A DNA stretch of 64,000 bases from a phage, in NCBI GenBank assembly GCA_024672275.1, contig GCA_024672275.1_4536.1; one strand, 5' to 3'. The position numbers and the translations under genes were made by a program. Positions 14,859-23,666 of this stretch are shown piece after piece (position 1 is the stretch's first letter; the number at the start of each line of letters is the position of its first letter). The notes below the pieces were generated by a model. It was given only the letters and a program-made list of their open reading frames with translations, had not been told where the DNA came from and made no database searches.

Positions 14859-16232
14859 ATGGCAACTTTTCGTGAAAAGGTAGCAACCGTAACTTTACTG
14901 TATGGTGCTACATCAATTCGTGAAACCCAGTTCGATATTCCCCTGATCCTTACAGGTCAGAACGTAACTGGCGAAGCGATTCAATATTACTCTTCTTCCG
15001 ATGCACTTTTGGAAGCAGGTTATGGATTAAATGATCCAGCGTATATTATGGCAGTCAAACTGTTTAACGGTTTGTTCCCACCAGATCAAGTCATGGTTGG
15101 TAAGCGTGAAGTTACAAACTTTACTCTAACTCCAATCGTAGAAGATAGTGCAACTTACACAATTACCATCAAAAATGGTACCAAGAAAAAAGAATTTAAA
15201 TTCATTGCTGATGACACTGCAACTGCACAAGAGATTGTAGTTGGTCTGACTGAAATGATCAATGCAGATCTTGTTTATGGCCCACTGTTTACAGTAGCTA
15301 ACAACGGCGCTGCAATGACTTTCACTCCAGTAGAAGGTAAGTTTGGTTCTATTGACAGCACAGGTTTCACTCAAGAAACTGTCTATGCTAATGCTATTAC
15401 GGAAGATATCGCTGCTCTGCATGATATTGATAGTAGCTGGTTCTGGACCCTTTCAGATTCCCATGAAACAGAAGATGTTCTAGCTTTGGCTGCATGGGTA
15501 GAAGAGAATGATAAAGTTTACTTCTTCTCTAGCTCTGAACCTGGGATTAAAACGAAAGCAGAAGATAACGTTCTGGAACGACTGAATGACCTCGGTTATA
15601 ATAACACTTGCTTTGCTTTGTGGATGACCGATGCAGATTCTGTATTCCCAGAAGCAGCAGTTGTTGGTGCAATCTGTTCTCGTCAACCTGGTTTAACTAC
15701 TCTTCACGGTAAAACACTGGTAGGTGTAGAGATCGAGAAACTGGATCAGACTTCGGAAAATAATATTGTTCAACAGAACGGTAACATCTATCGTAAAGAG
15801 CATGGAACTCTGTTCTATCGTGATGGATTGATGGTTAGCGGTTTCTTTGTTGACTATGTTGTTCATGCTTTGTGGTTTAAAGCTCGCACAGAAGAATCAC
15901 TGTTTACACTGTTTAAACAACAGTCTATGCTGGGTGGTGGTGTTCGTGCTACTTCAAACGGTCTGGCTTTGATTCGACAAGCTGTTCTGGCTAACCCGAT
16001 CCAAGTAGGTATCCTCAACGGTTCCATCGCTAACGAAGTTGTTACTTCTGAAGAGACTGGTTTGCGTGTCGATCTGAAACCTATTGTTTATATTCCTTCT
16101 CGTGCTGATATGACTGATGCGCAAATCAATGCTCGTCTGGTCGATGGGATGAAGATTGAATATGTTTACGCTGGCTTCTTCCATTACGTTAAAGTTCAGG
16201 TCAACGTCCTGACTAACCGTACTGCAAACTAA
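14859..16232 (+). CDS. putative tail sheath protein
   Basis: 457 aa; followed by a 159-aa tube-sized gene, a frameshifted chaperone pair and the tape measure (myovirus order sheath-tube-chaperone-TMP). Confidence 0.55.
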   Translation: MATFREKVATVTLLYGATSIRETQFDIPLILTGQNVTGEAIQYYSSSDALLEAGYGLNDPAYIMAVKLFNGLFPPDQVMVGKREVTNFTLTPIVEDSATYTITIKNGTKKKEFKFIADDTATAQEIVVGLTEMINADLVYGPLFTVANNGAAMTFTPVEGKFGSIDSTGFTQETVYANAITEDIAALHDIDSSWFWTLSDSHETEDVLALAAWVEENDKVYFFSSSEPGIKTKAEDNVLERLNDLGYNNTCFALWMTDADSVFPEAAVVGAICSRQPGLTTLHGKTLVGVEIEKLDQTSENNIVQQNGNIYRKEHGTLFYRDGLMVSGFFVDYVVHALWFKARTEESLFTLFKQQSMLGGGVRATSNGLALIRQAVLANPIQVGILNGSIANEVVTSEETGLRVDLKPIVYIPSRADMTDAQINARLVDGMKIEYVYAGFFHYVKVQVNVLTNRTAN

Positions 16233-16235
16233 TAC

Positions 16236-16258
16236 GGCGGGGGTTAAGCCCCCGTTAT
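16236..16258 (+). terminator. terminator-like hairpin after sheath gene
   Basis: GC-rich stem cgggggttaagcccccg; weak U-tract. Confidence 0.4.
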
Positions 16259-16278
16259 CAAAATAAAGAGGATCTATA

Positions 16279-16758
16279 ATGGATAAAATGCTTACTGGCG
16301 TAATGGCCTACGACCCATCTCAAGTTATCCTTTCATTAGGTGGTTGGGAACCGTGGGGTTTTGCGGCTGATACTAAAATCGTTATTGCTAAATCTAACGA
16401 TATTATTAACCCTTATTCAGGGACTGATGGTGACGTTTCACTAGCTTTGAGTCGTAACCGTTTGGGAACACTCACAATGTCTTTGCAACGCACATCTCCA
16501 GCTAACGAAGTACTTGCAACATATGCACAAACAATGTATTCTACTCGTCAAGTAGCATTCAGCGTTTACTTGGAAGACCCACGTGGCTATTACATTAGCA
16601 CGATTGGATGGATTCAAAGTCAGCCTGAAGATACTATTGGCGAAATGATTACAGAGAACCAATGGGTTATTGGTCTTAAAGATGCAAGCCTTCTGCGTAA
16701 TGAAGTTGGTGTAGGTTTGAGCACCCTTAACTCAATCTCTGCTCTGACAATTCAATAA
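16279..16758 (+). CDS. putative tail tube protein
   Basis: 159 aa; strong RBS; directly downstream of sheath, upstream of chaperone/TMP; terminator follows. Confidence 0.5.
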   Translation: MDKMLTGVMAYDPSQVILSLGGWEPWGFAADTKIVIAKSNDIINPYSGTDGDVSLALSRNRLGTLTMSLQRTSPANEVLATYAQTMYSTRQVAFSVYLEDPRGYYISTIGWIQSQPEDTIGEMITENQWVIGLKDASLLRNEVGVGLSTLNSISALTIQ

Positions 16759-16763
16759 TAAAT

Positions 16764-16786
16764 AAAGGGCAGAAATGCCCTTTTTA
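16764..16786 (+). terminator. rho-independent terminator after tube gene
   Basis: aaagggc-agaaat-gcccttt hairpin plus TTTTT. Confidence 0.65.
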
Positions 16787-16803
16787 TCATTAGAGAGGAA
16801 AAT

Positions 16804-17286
16804 ATGTCACAAGAACAAGATAACACAATTCAAAAATATGCTCGACCAGAAGAAGTAGTTGAGATTCCGTTAGATGGAAACAGATCTGTTACTTTCCGTA
16901 TTATGAAGTGGAGTCCATCTAAAGTGTTTGACAGGATTCCAGAATTGGGTAGTGTTCTGGTTGTTCCTATGACTATGTACAGCACAGCAACAATGTCCGC
17001 AGACGAAGACCTTGAGTCACGTATTGCTATGGCACTGATCCAACTTTTTGCAGGTTTGGAAGAAAAGAATTTAACTGTCTTTTTGCGTAAAATTTTAGAT
17101 GAGGTTTATACTCAAGACGGTTATAACGTTGCAGAAAATTTTGACGAATTATTTATGGCTCACCCAGAACTAGTGTTAGATCTTACTGCTAAAGTTCTGG
17201 AGGTAAACTACGGCCCTTTTTTCAAACGAGGTTTCGGAAAACTGTTCACACAGCTTCAGGCGATGACGAGTTTAGCAGCAAATTAA
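16804..17286 (+). CDS. tail assembly chaperone (G-like)
   Basis: 160 aa acidic protein directly upstream of tape measure; contains slippery heptamer near 3' end. Confidence 0.6.
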   Translation: MSQEQDNTIQKYARPEEVVEIPLDGNRSVTFRIMKWSPSKVFDRIPELGSVLVVPMTMYSTATMSADEDLESRIAMALIQLFAGLEEKNLTVFLRKILDEVYTQDGYNVAENFDELFMAHPELVLDLTAKVLEVNYGPFFKRGFGKLFTQLQAMTSLAAN

Positions 17287-17552
17287 CACCTGCGATTGAA
17301 CATGCTATCGACACAGCAACGAAAACCCTTACTTTGAAGTGGTATGAGGTTATTCTTTGCAAAGTCGTTAAAGATACCTCGGAAACACTGAAAACATTGG
17401 ATAACTACGGTGTAGATTATCTTTTAAAACTATATGAGTATTTAACATACGAAGAGTATGTTGAAGCCATGTATGTTAAAGACACTTCAATAAAGAGAAA
17501 ACATCAAAACCAGACAAATAAAATGTCAGATTTGTTTAAGAAACTTGTTTAA
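16804..17552 (+). CDS. tail assembly chaperone, -1 frameshift fusion product (G-T-like)
   Basis: slippery T_TTT_TTC at 17217-17223; the -1 frame is open from 17193 to the stop at 17550-17552 and matches ORF 17334..17552. Confidence 0.55.
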
Positions 17553-17572
17553 TCCAACACGAGGAACATACT

Positions 17573-19561
17573 TTGTTAGAAATTAACGCCTCCAAAATTA
17601 GTAACGTGGTTACGTTTAAGGTGGACAAGAACAGTCTCAAGGAAGCAAAAGATGCCGTGTTGAGTGTTCAGAAGTTTGCAAATAAAATGCAACCCACTAT
17701 GAACATGACCAAGTTTAGACAACAAATGAAAGAGATTGAGCGTGAACTTAAGAAAGCTCAAACTCAAAGTCAAAAACCTATGCGAGCACCTACTCCCGCT
17801 GGAGCGGGTGCTCCTGTAGGTGGATCTGGCAGACCAAGAACTCCTAAAACCCCGCAAGGAAGAGAAGAAGAAAAAGCTCGTAAAGCGGCTGAACGCGAAG
17901 CTAAAGCAGCAGCACGTAGGGAAGACTTAGGTAATCTTCGTTTGCAAAACTTTAACTACCGAGCAAAAGCATTTAGTAAAGCCAGTCCTGGCGCTATGCA
18001 AGAAGCTAGAGACGTTATGGGTAAAGCTGTAGAGCAATACAAAAAGGGTGAAATAACTCTTCAACGTATGAACCAAGCTCTTGCTCACCAGTTAGATGCC
18101 TTACGCAGATCTCATCGTGAAAAGAATGCTGAAATAGAAGACGAGGTTCGCGGTCGTCGCCGTATTCGTAGAGAGCTAGAAGCAGAAGCTAAAATGCGTA
18201 TACGTATGCGAAACCGTGAACTTAGAGATATAGAACGCAACCGTAAGCGTGAATTAGCTCAACAAAAACGTGATCGTGATCGTCGATATGGACAATTAAA
18301 AGAAGGTGCAGCAGGTCTTAATCCACGTATGATTGCATCCTCTTTGATAGGTGCTGGGCTGTTTGCAGGTGGTTCTGTAGTTGGTAACACTTTGATGAAT
18401 ACTAACGAAAGAATTAAAATGGTTAGTCGCGGTGCTGAAAACGTCCAAACAAATGCTAACTCTATTTTAACAATGACAGCATGGGGTGAACAAAACGGTG
18501 TAGACTCGGCAAATATTATTAAAGCAATAGATAACATTAAAGACGTTCGTGAACGTCTAGGTAATACCATGATGAACACCAAATGGAACGCAAAAGAAGG
18601 GAAATGGAAAGGTGGTGATAACGGTATTACTGATATTATGAATGCTTTTGGTTGGAACCCCGATCAAATAAAACACTTGCAAAATGACCCGTTAGCTTTT
18701 ATCCAAGCCACTGTTAATGAAGGCGAACGTCGAGGCATGAACTCTGCTCAAATCGGGCGACTTCTTGAAAACCTTGGGGATGACCTTATGCACTACCAAC
18801 GCATGTTTAGTAAAAATGGCGAAGGTTACAATGAAACATTGAAAATGCTTCAAAGAACAGGTGCAACATTAACTCAAGAACAAATAGATGCTTCTAAAGA
18901 GTTTACTCGTTTTGCTGCAACAGTTCAGCTTGTAGGTCAAGGTATGCAGAACCACTTCTTAGAGGGTTTTGTGAAAGCGTTACCTAAAGATGATTCTTGG
19001 TTGGATAACGTTAAAGTGCTAGATCAGTTTGCCAAAGATTTAGGTGAAGAACTCGGTAAGACAACAGTTCAATTAGGAGGTTTTGCTAAAGAATTGGGAG
19101 ATGGTTTCGGATCTTTTACCAATTGGCTTAAAGAAACATTCCCAGATACATTCGGAGACAACACAGATCCTAATAAATCTATGGCACAAAAAGCATACGA
19201 GGCAACGCAAAGTGGAGACAGCAATCCTGTAGCAGATTGGTTGTATAATTTAACAGGTATTGATACACAAGATATTGGTCGTATGTGGAGAGGAGAACAA
19301 ACAAGGACACGTGCTTTTGGATTTGGTAATCCTCTTGAAGATTTACGTGAATCAGCCTATACACCTAACGTAAGTTTGGCTCGTAATCAACCTGTTGTTG
19401 AGAATACGGTAGCAATACCAAGTGATCTTATCAAAGTTACGATCAGTCCTTCTTCCGAGTTTGGAAATATTCTTGATGCAAGAATTCAAAATAGCGGAAA
19501 TAGCATTTTCCAACGTTTATCTCTTTCAACTCTAAGTGGACAATCTAACACTGGTGGTTAA
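17573..19561 (+). CDS. tail tape measure protein
   Basis: 662 aa, helix/coiled-coil rich with Arg/Glu/Lys-rich segment; follows frameshifted chaperone pair; TTG start. Confidence 0.65.
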   Translation: MLEINASKISNVVTFKVDKNSLKEAKDAVLSVQKFANKMQPTMNMTKFRQQMKEIERELKKAQTQSQKPMRAPTPAGAGAPVGGSGRPRTPKTPQGREEEKARKAAEREAKAAARREDLGNLRLQNFNYRAKAFSKASPGAMQEARDVMGKAVEQYKKGEITLQRMNQALAHQLDALRRSHREKNAEIEDEVRGRRRIRRELEAEAKMRIRMRNRELRDIERNRKRELAQQKRDRDRRYGQLKEGAAGLNPRMIASSLIGAGLFAGGSVVGNTLMNTNERIKMVSRGAENVQTNANSILTMTAWGEQNGVDSANIIKAIDNIKDVRERLGNTMMNTKWNAKEGKWKGGDNGITDIMNAFGWNPDQIKHLQNDPLAFIQATVNEGERRGMNSAQIGRLLENLGDDLMHYQRMFSKNGEGYNETLKMLQRTGATLTQEQIDASKEFTRFAATVQLVGQGMQNHFLEGFVKALPKDDSWLDNVKVLDQFAKDLGEELGKTTVQLGGFAKELGDGFGSFTNWLKETFPDTFGDNTDPNKSMAQKAYEATQSGDSNPVADWLYNLTGIDTQDIGRMWRGEQTRTRAFGFGNPLEDLRESAYTPNVSLARNQPVVENTVAIPSDLIKVTISPSSEFGNILDARIQNSGNSIFQRLSLSTLSGQSNTGG

Positions 19562-19568
19562 TAAAATA

Positions 19569-19590
19569 CCTCGCTTCGGCGGGGTTTTTT
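19569..19590 (+). terminator. rho-independent terminator after tape measure gene
   Basis: cctcgc-ttcg-gcgggg hairpin (UUCG tetraloop) followed by TTTTTT. Confidence 0.75.
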
Positions 19591-19598
19591 CGTTTCCC

Positions 19599-19628
19599 TT
19601 GACACGAAGTTTCTATATGTGTTACAAT
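19599..19628 (+). promoter_or_regulatory. sigma70-like promoter for baseplate operon
   Basis: ttgaca 19599-19604, 18-nt spacer, tacaat 19623-19628. Confidence 0.6.
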
Positions 19629-19687
19629 AATCAATATGGGAAGATCTTGCGTCTTCCTTTTGGCATTATCATTACCACGAGGTTATC

Positions 19688-20395
19688 ATGGCAGCAATGA
19701 CTCCACAACAGTCGGTGAGAGCCGTCTACAAGGCAGAACAGGAAATCAACTCTACCGAGAATAAAAATACCTCGGCATCTACCGTAAAGGGTGATAATGG
19801 TTTCTGTATTTTAGCAAGTGTTTATAATAGTTCAAGCGATCAATACATTCAAAACTTTAAAGCAATTACTTTCGATTCAGTCCCTGAAATAGGTGTAACT
19901 CGTGAAGCAGATGTTACAAGTTTTCCTGTGGAATCAGGATCGGATGTAAGCGATCACGTTCAGATAAAAAATAACAGATTTAAACTTTCAGGTATAATTA
20001 CCGAAACACCAATTCGACTTATGCGAGATCAATTATACAGTGCAGGTGTAAATGGAGCGAGGATTTCTCAAGCAATAGAATATCTGGACCAAATATTTGA
20101 GTCAAGACAACCAATAGTCCTTTTGACAGAACACAGAACTTTTGAAAATGTTATTCTCAAAGGCTACTCTTATGATTATAAATCTGAATTTGCTATGCAA
20201 TTTGATTTAGAGTTTGAACAAATCCGTCTCGTCTCTAAGGCAACCACTAATGCTATTGCTGTAAAAACAGCACCAAATAAATCAACTGGTGGTGATGTGA
20301 AAGGACAAGTTCCATCTGGCGGTCCTAAAGTGGATAACCCAATTACAAGAAACACTGCTTCATCAACCGGAACACCAACTAATACGGGGAATTAA
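19688..20395 (+). CDS. hypothetical tail/baseplate protein
   Basis: 235 aa; first gene after promoter downstream of TMP. Confidence 0.45.
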   Translation: MAAMTPQQSVRAVYKAEQEINSTENKNTSASTVKGDNGFCILASVYNSSSDQYIQNFKAITFDSVPEIGVTREADVTSFPVESGSDVSDHVQIKNNRFKLSGIITETPIRLMRDQLYSAGVNGARISQAIEYLDQIFESRQPIVLLTEHRTFENVILKGYSYDYKSEFAMQFDLEFEQIRLVSKATTNAIAVKTAPNKSTGGDVKGQVPSGGPKVDNPITRNTASSTGTPTNTGN

Positions 20396-20397
20396 TA

Positions 20398-20811
20398 ATG
20401 GCAACATATTCTAAGACAACCCGATCTACAAGCAATTCTGGTTATAGTGCAGTATATTTAGAAGATCATTCAACATACTTTGCATGGTATTTGAAAACAG
20501 AGGAATATCCAGATCAAACTTATACGGTAACTTTAGATGGGGTTGATTACGACATTCGTTTAAGGTGGAACACTAGGGACGAGTCTTGGCAATGTCAAAT
20601 AGGGCTGTCTGGAGACGATCCAAGTATTACTTTTAAAGTTACAAATGGTTTAGATCTTCTTAAACCTTATAAATATCTTGAAAGTGTGCCAGATGGTCAA
20701 TTATATATAGTAGATACAGTCAAGATTAATGGTCGTCCTGGGTATACAACTACAGGTCGAGATAAACGTTTTGTATTGGTTTATATTGATAACAAACCTA
20801 ATCAGGCGTAA
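20398..20811 (+). CDS. hypothetical tail/baseplate protein
   Basis: 137 aa ORF, tightly packed. Confidence 0.45.
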   Translation: MATYSKTTRSTSNSGYSAVYLEDHSTYFAWYLKTEEYPDQTYTVTLDGVDYDIRLRWNTRDESWQCQIGLSGDDPSITFKVTNGLDLLKPYKYLESVPDGQLYIVDTVKINGRPGYTTTGRDKRFVLVYIDNKPNQA

Positions 20812-20820
20812 GGAGATAAT

Positions 20821-21831
20821 ATGGCAGAAAGAGAGTATACAAAAGCTCCTGCCCCTAATTTAAACAGGGCATACAAATTATTAATTGGTTCTGCCACAAA
20901 CACAATACAGAAGAGAACCAAGAACTCGGCATTTAAATCTACAGTAGATTTGGATACCAAGTTAGGGACAACAGAAAAATCCTCTTCTAATTTGTATTTG
21001 TTGCAAGACCATCAAATAACCTTCAGTATTAAGAAAGATAATAACAAAGATCCTAACCAAGCAGAGATTGTAGTTTATAACCTTTCAGATGATACTGTTA
21101 ACTACATAAACCGTGGTATCCGAAATAACTTGGCTGTCGCTTTAGCTGTAGGATACGAAGGTGAAGAGTTGGTTATGATCTTCAAAGGGACTATCCAGTG
21201 GGTTAGTGATACCTTTGACTCTGTAGACAGGAAAACTACTTTACACTGTTTGGATGGTGGTATTAACATTGCAGAAGCAAGAACAAGCCGCAGCTATCCA
21301 AAAGGAACTAAAATCAAACGTGTTGTGACAGATTTGGTAAAGGATTTAGGGACTACAGAAGGTAATATACATGTAGACAATGACCAAACCCTGTCTTCAG
21401 CAACAGCTATGTGTGGGAATACTTCGCATTACCTAGAACATATTTGTAAGAGTATTGATCACAATGTGTCAATACAAGACGGATCTGTTTATGTTACTCC
21501 ACGTTCCCAAATGTCTAGTGCACGTAGCGCCTACATTAGTCCTGAAACTGGTTTAATAGGAAGCCCAGAACCATTCCACAATGATATTAAACCTACTAAA
21601 AAAGTTACCAAATCCTCTAAGAAGGCAAAGAAACCTACAGATGGTGTTAAATTCAAATGCCAAATGAATGGTGCAATATTACCAGAAAAAACAATCTGGT
21701 TAAAAAGCCGAGATTATGATGGTCCATTTAAAGTAGTTTCTGTTTCTCACAACGGAGATAAAGAAGGTAAAGAGTGGGTTACTGAAGTGGAGTGTGTATC
21801 CGTGTCTGAAGTAATGACTAAGGAGAAATAA
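20821..21831 (+). CDS. putative baseplate hub-like protein
   Basis: 336 aa; position between TMP and spike-like gene. Confidence 0.35.
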   Translation: MAEREYTKAPAPNLNRAYKLLIGSATNTIQKRTKNSAFKSTVDLDTKLGTTEKSSSNLYLLQDHQITFSIKKDNNKDPNQAEIVVYNLSDDTVNYINRGIRNNLAVALAVGYEGEELVMIFKGTIQWVSDTFDSVDRKTTLHCLDGGINIAEARTSRSYPKGTKIKRVVTDLVKDLGTTEGNIHVDNDQTLSSATAMCGNTSHYLEHICKSIDHNVSIQDGSVYVTPRSQMSSARSAYISPETGLIGSPEPFHNDIKPTKKVTKSSKKAKKPTDGVKFKCQMNGAILPEKTIWLKSRDYDGPFKVVSVSHNGDKEGKEWVTEVECVSVSEVMTKEK

Positions 21832-22565
21832 TGGATGCATTGAATTTTGTCACAGCAATGCGTGGCTTAATGACAGAACAATTAGCAGAAGTCCATACAG
21901 CCTTGCCAGTCCGTGTGACTGGCGTTAATTATGGTGCTAAGACTGTCACCTTAGAATCTATTGTTAAAAACACACGATCTAGTGAAGATGAAATAGATTA
22001 TCCTACTTTTGAAGATGTTCCTTTCATGGTTAATGGTGGTGGGACAGGAAGAATCTCATTCCCTATTAAATCAGGAGATTTAGGGACCGTTATATTTTCT
22101 GAACGAGATCCTTCTAATGCACTGCAAACTAGTGGGGAAACTTCTTCATCATCCACTTTTATGCAGCCTTGTGGATTATACCCTATTTGTTTTATTCCCA
22201 AAATAGCTACAGGAACAGATTCAACAGAAGCTGTAGATTCTGAAAAGGTAGTTATTTCTAATAACAAAAACACGTACGCTTCTTTCGACCCTACAGGTAA
22301 TATTTCAATATGGAATAGTCAAGGGATGAAAATAGACATTACTACCTCCGGTATTACTATTACAGATGGCACAGGGACTTTGGATCTAAAAGGTGGTAAT
22401 TTAACTTTCAAAGGCGGCGTAGCAGATATCAATGGTCTTAAAATAGATCAGAACGGTTTGATGACAGATGGTAATGGCATCGGATTCCATACTCACACGC
22501 ACACGGTTCGTAATATTCAGAGCGGTAGCTCAAGTGCCGAGTCCTTAAAACCAACAGGAGCCTAA
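21831..22565 (+). CDS. putative central spike / tail tip protein
   Basis: 244 aa; Gly-rich repeats and C-terminal HTHTH motif reminiscent of metal-binding spike apexes; overlapping start. Confidence 0.35.
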   Translation: MDALNFVTAMRGLMTEQLAEVHTALPVRVTGVNYGAKTVTLESIVKNTRSSEDEIDYPTFEDVPFMVNGGGTGRISFPIKSGDLGTVIFSERDPSNALQTSGETSSSSTFMQPCGLYPICFIPKIATGTDSTEAVDSEKVVISNNKNTYASFDPTGNISIWNSQGMKIDITTSGITITDGTGTLDLKGGNLTFKGGVADINGLKIDQNGLMTDGNGIGFHTHTHTVRNIQSGSSSAESLKPTGA

Positions 22566-22566
22566 C

Positions 22567-23193
22567 ATGGGAATCCCTTTTGACTTAAAACTTGGACCAA
22601 ACAACGACCTCATCATGGACGATGGGGATTTGGTCCTTACCACAACCAGAACAGAAATTGCAGCACAAACTCTTGGGATAACTCTGAACACGTATCGTGG
22701 GGAGTGGTTTTTAAATACTAACTTCGGTGTTCCTTACTTACAAGAGATTATTGGTGTTGCTAGAAAGAAAGATATTGTAGACAGAATATTTTTAGCAGAG
22801 ATTGCCAAAAACGTTTACATAGATACAATAAACAGTTATAAATCTGCTTATGATATGGATCAACGTTATTACTCAATGACAGTTATGGTCACAGTTGGAG
22901 CAGATACAGTAACATCTATATTCAATACTCAACCTTCTGAAGAGTTTATTTACCCTGAAGCTGGCGAAGACAATGCAGCGATCATTTGTGAAGCTTACAG
23001 TATTGTTGAGAATTCGAATAGACTTTATCGCTTTATCAACTTTGTTGGTTTGCCACGTGATACCTACTCTACTTGGTGGAATGAATGGTCTACAGAGTCA
23101 GCAGTGGAAAGAATCATGGTTAACGAAAAAGGTGATGCATTAGCTACAAACAATGACTTCGGTATAACAGCTATGACAGGAGTAGAAGAGTAA
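22567..23193 (+). CDS. hypothetical baseplate-module protein
   Basis: 208 aa; operon context only. Confidence 0.35.
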   Translation: MGIPFDLKLGPNNDLIMDDGDLVLTTTRTEIAAQTLGITLNTYRGEWFLNTNFGVPYLQEIIGVARKKDIVDRIFLAEIAKNVYIDTINSYKSAYDMDQRYYSMTVMVTVGADTVTSIFNTQPSEEFIYPEAGEDNAAIICEAYSIVENSNRLYRFINFVGLPRDTYSTWWNEWSTESAVERIMVNEKGDALATNNDFGITAMTGVEE

Positions 23194-23666
23194 TGGCAGA
23201 TTTAACTACGATCAAAATTTCTGATCTTACACAAACAACCTCTGTGTCTGATACAGATTTCTTTGTAACAGATCAGGCTGGAATAACAAAGAAAACTTCT
23301 TTGAAAGTGCTGTTGAGTGGTGCAGGGGTAACTAGAAACCGTCTGAATGCACGGGGAACAGTAACTAGCACCTTGGCATTAGATATTAGTTCAGCAGAAT
23401 ATTTTTCTGCAACTTTATCTTCTGCAACGTGCACAATTAGTTTTACTAATATTCCAGTAGCAACAAATGCAGTTTTAAACTTTACTTTAGCTTTGCGTCA
23501 AGGAAGTGGTGCAAATAAAGTCGTATGGCCTTCTTCTGTAAAATGGAGTTTTGGTCGCCCCCCAGTTTTGAGTTATCGTCAAGGTGCAACAGACACTTTT
23601 GAGTTTATCAGTTATGATAATGGAGCAACTTGGACAGGTAGCTTAGTTTTAGCAGGAGTTATTTAA
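23193..23666 (+). CDS. hypothetical tail protein
   Basis: 157 aa; overlapping start/stop with neighbours. Confidence 0.4.
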   Translation: MADLTTIKISDLTQTTSVSDTDFFVTDQAGITKKTSLKVLLSGAGVTRNRLNARGTVTSTLALDISSAEYFSATLSSATCTISFTNIPVATNAVLNFTLALRQGSGANKVVWPSSVKWSFGRPPVLSYRQGATDTFEFISYDNGATWTGSLVLAGVI

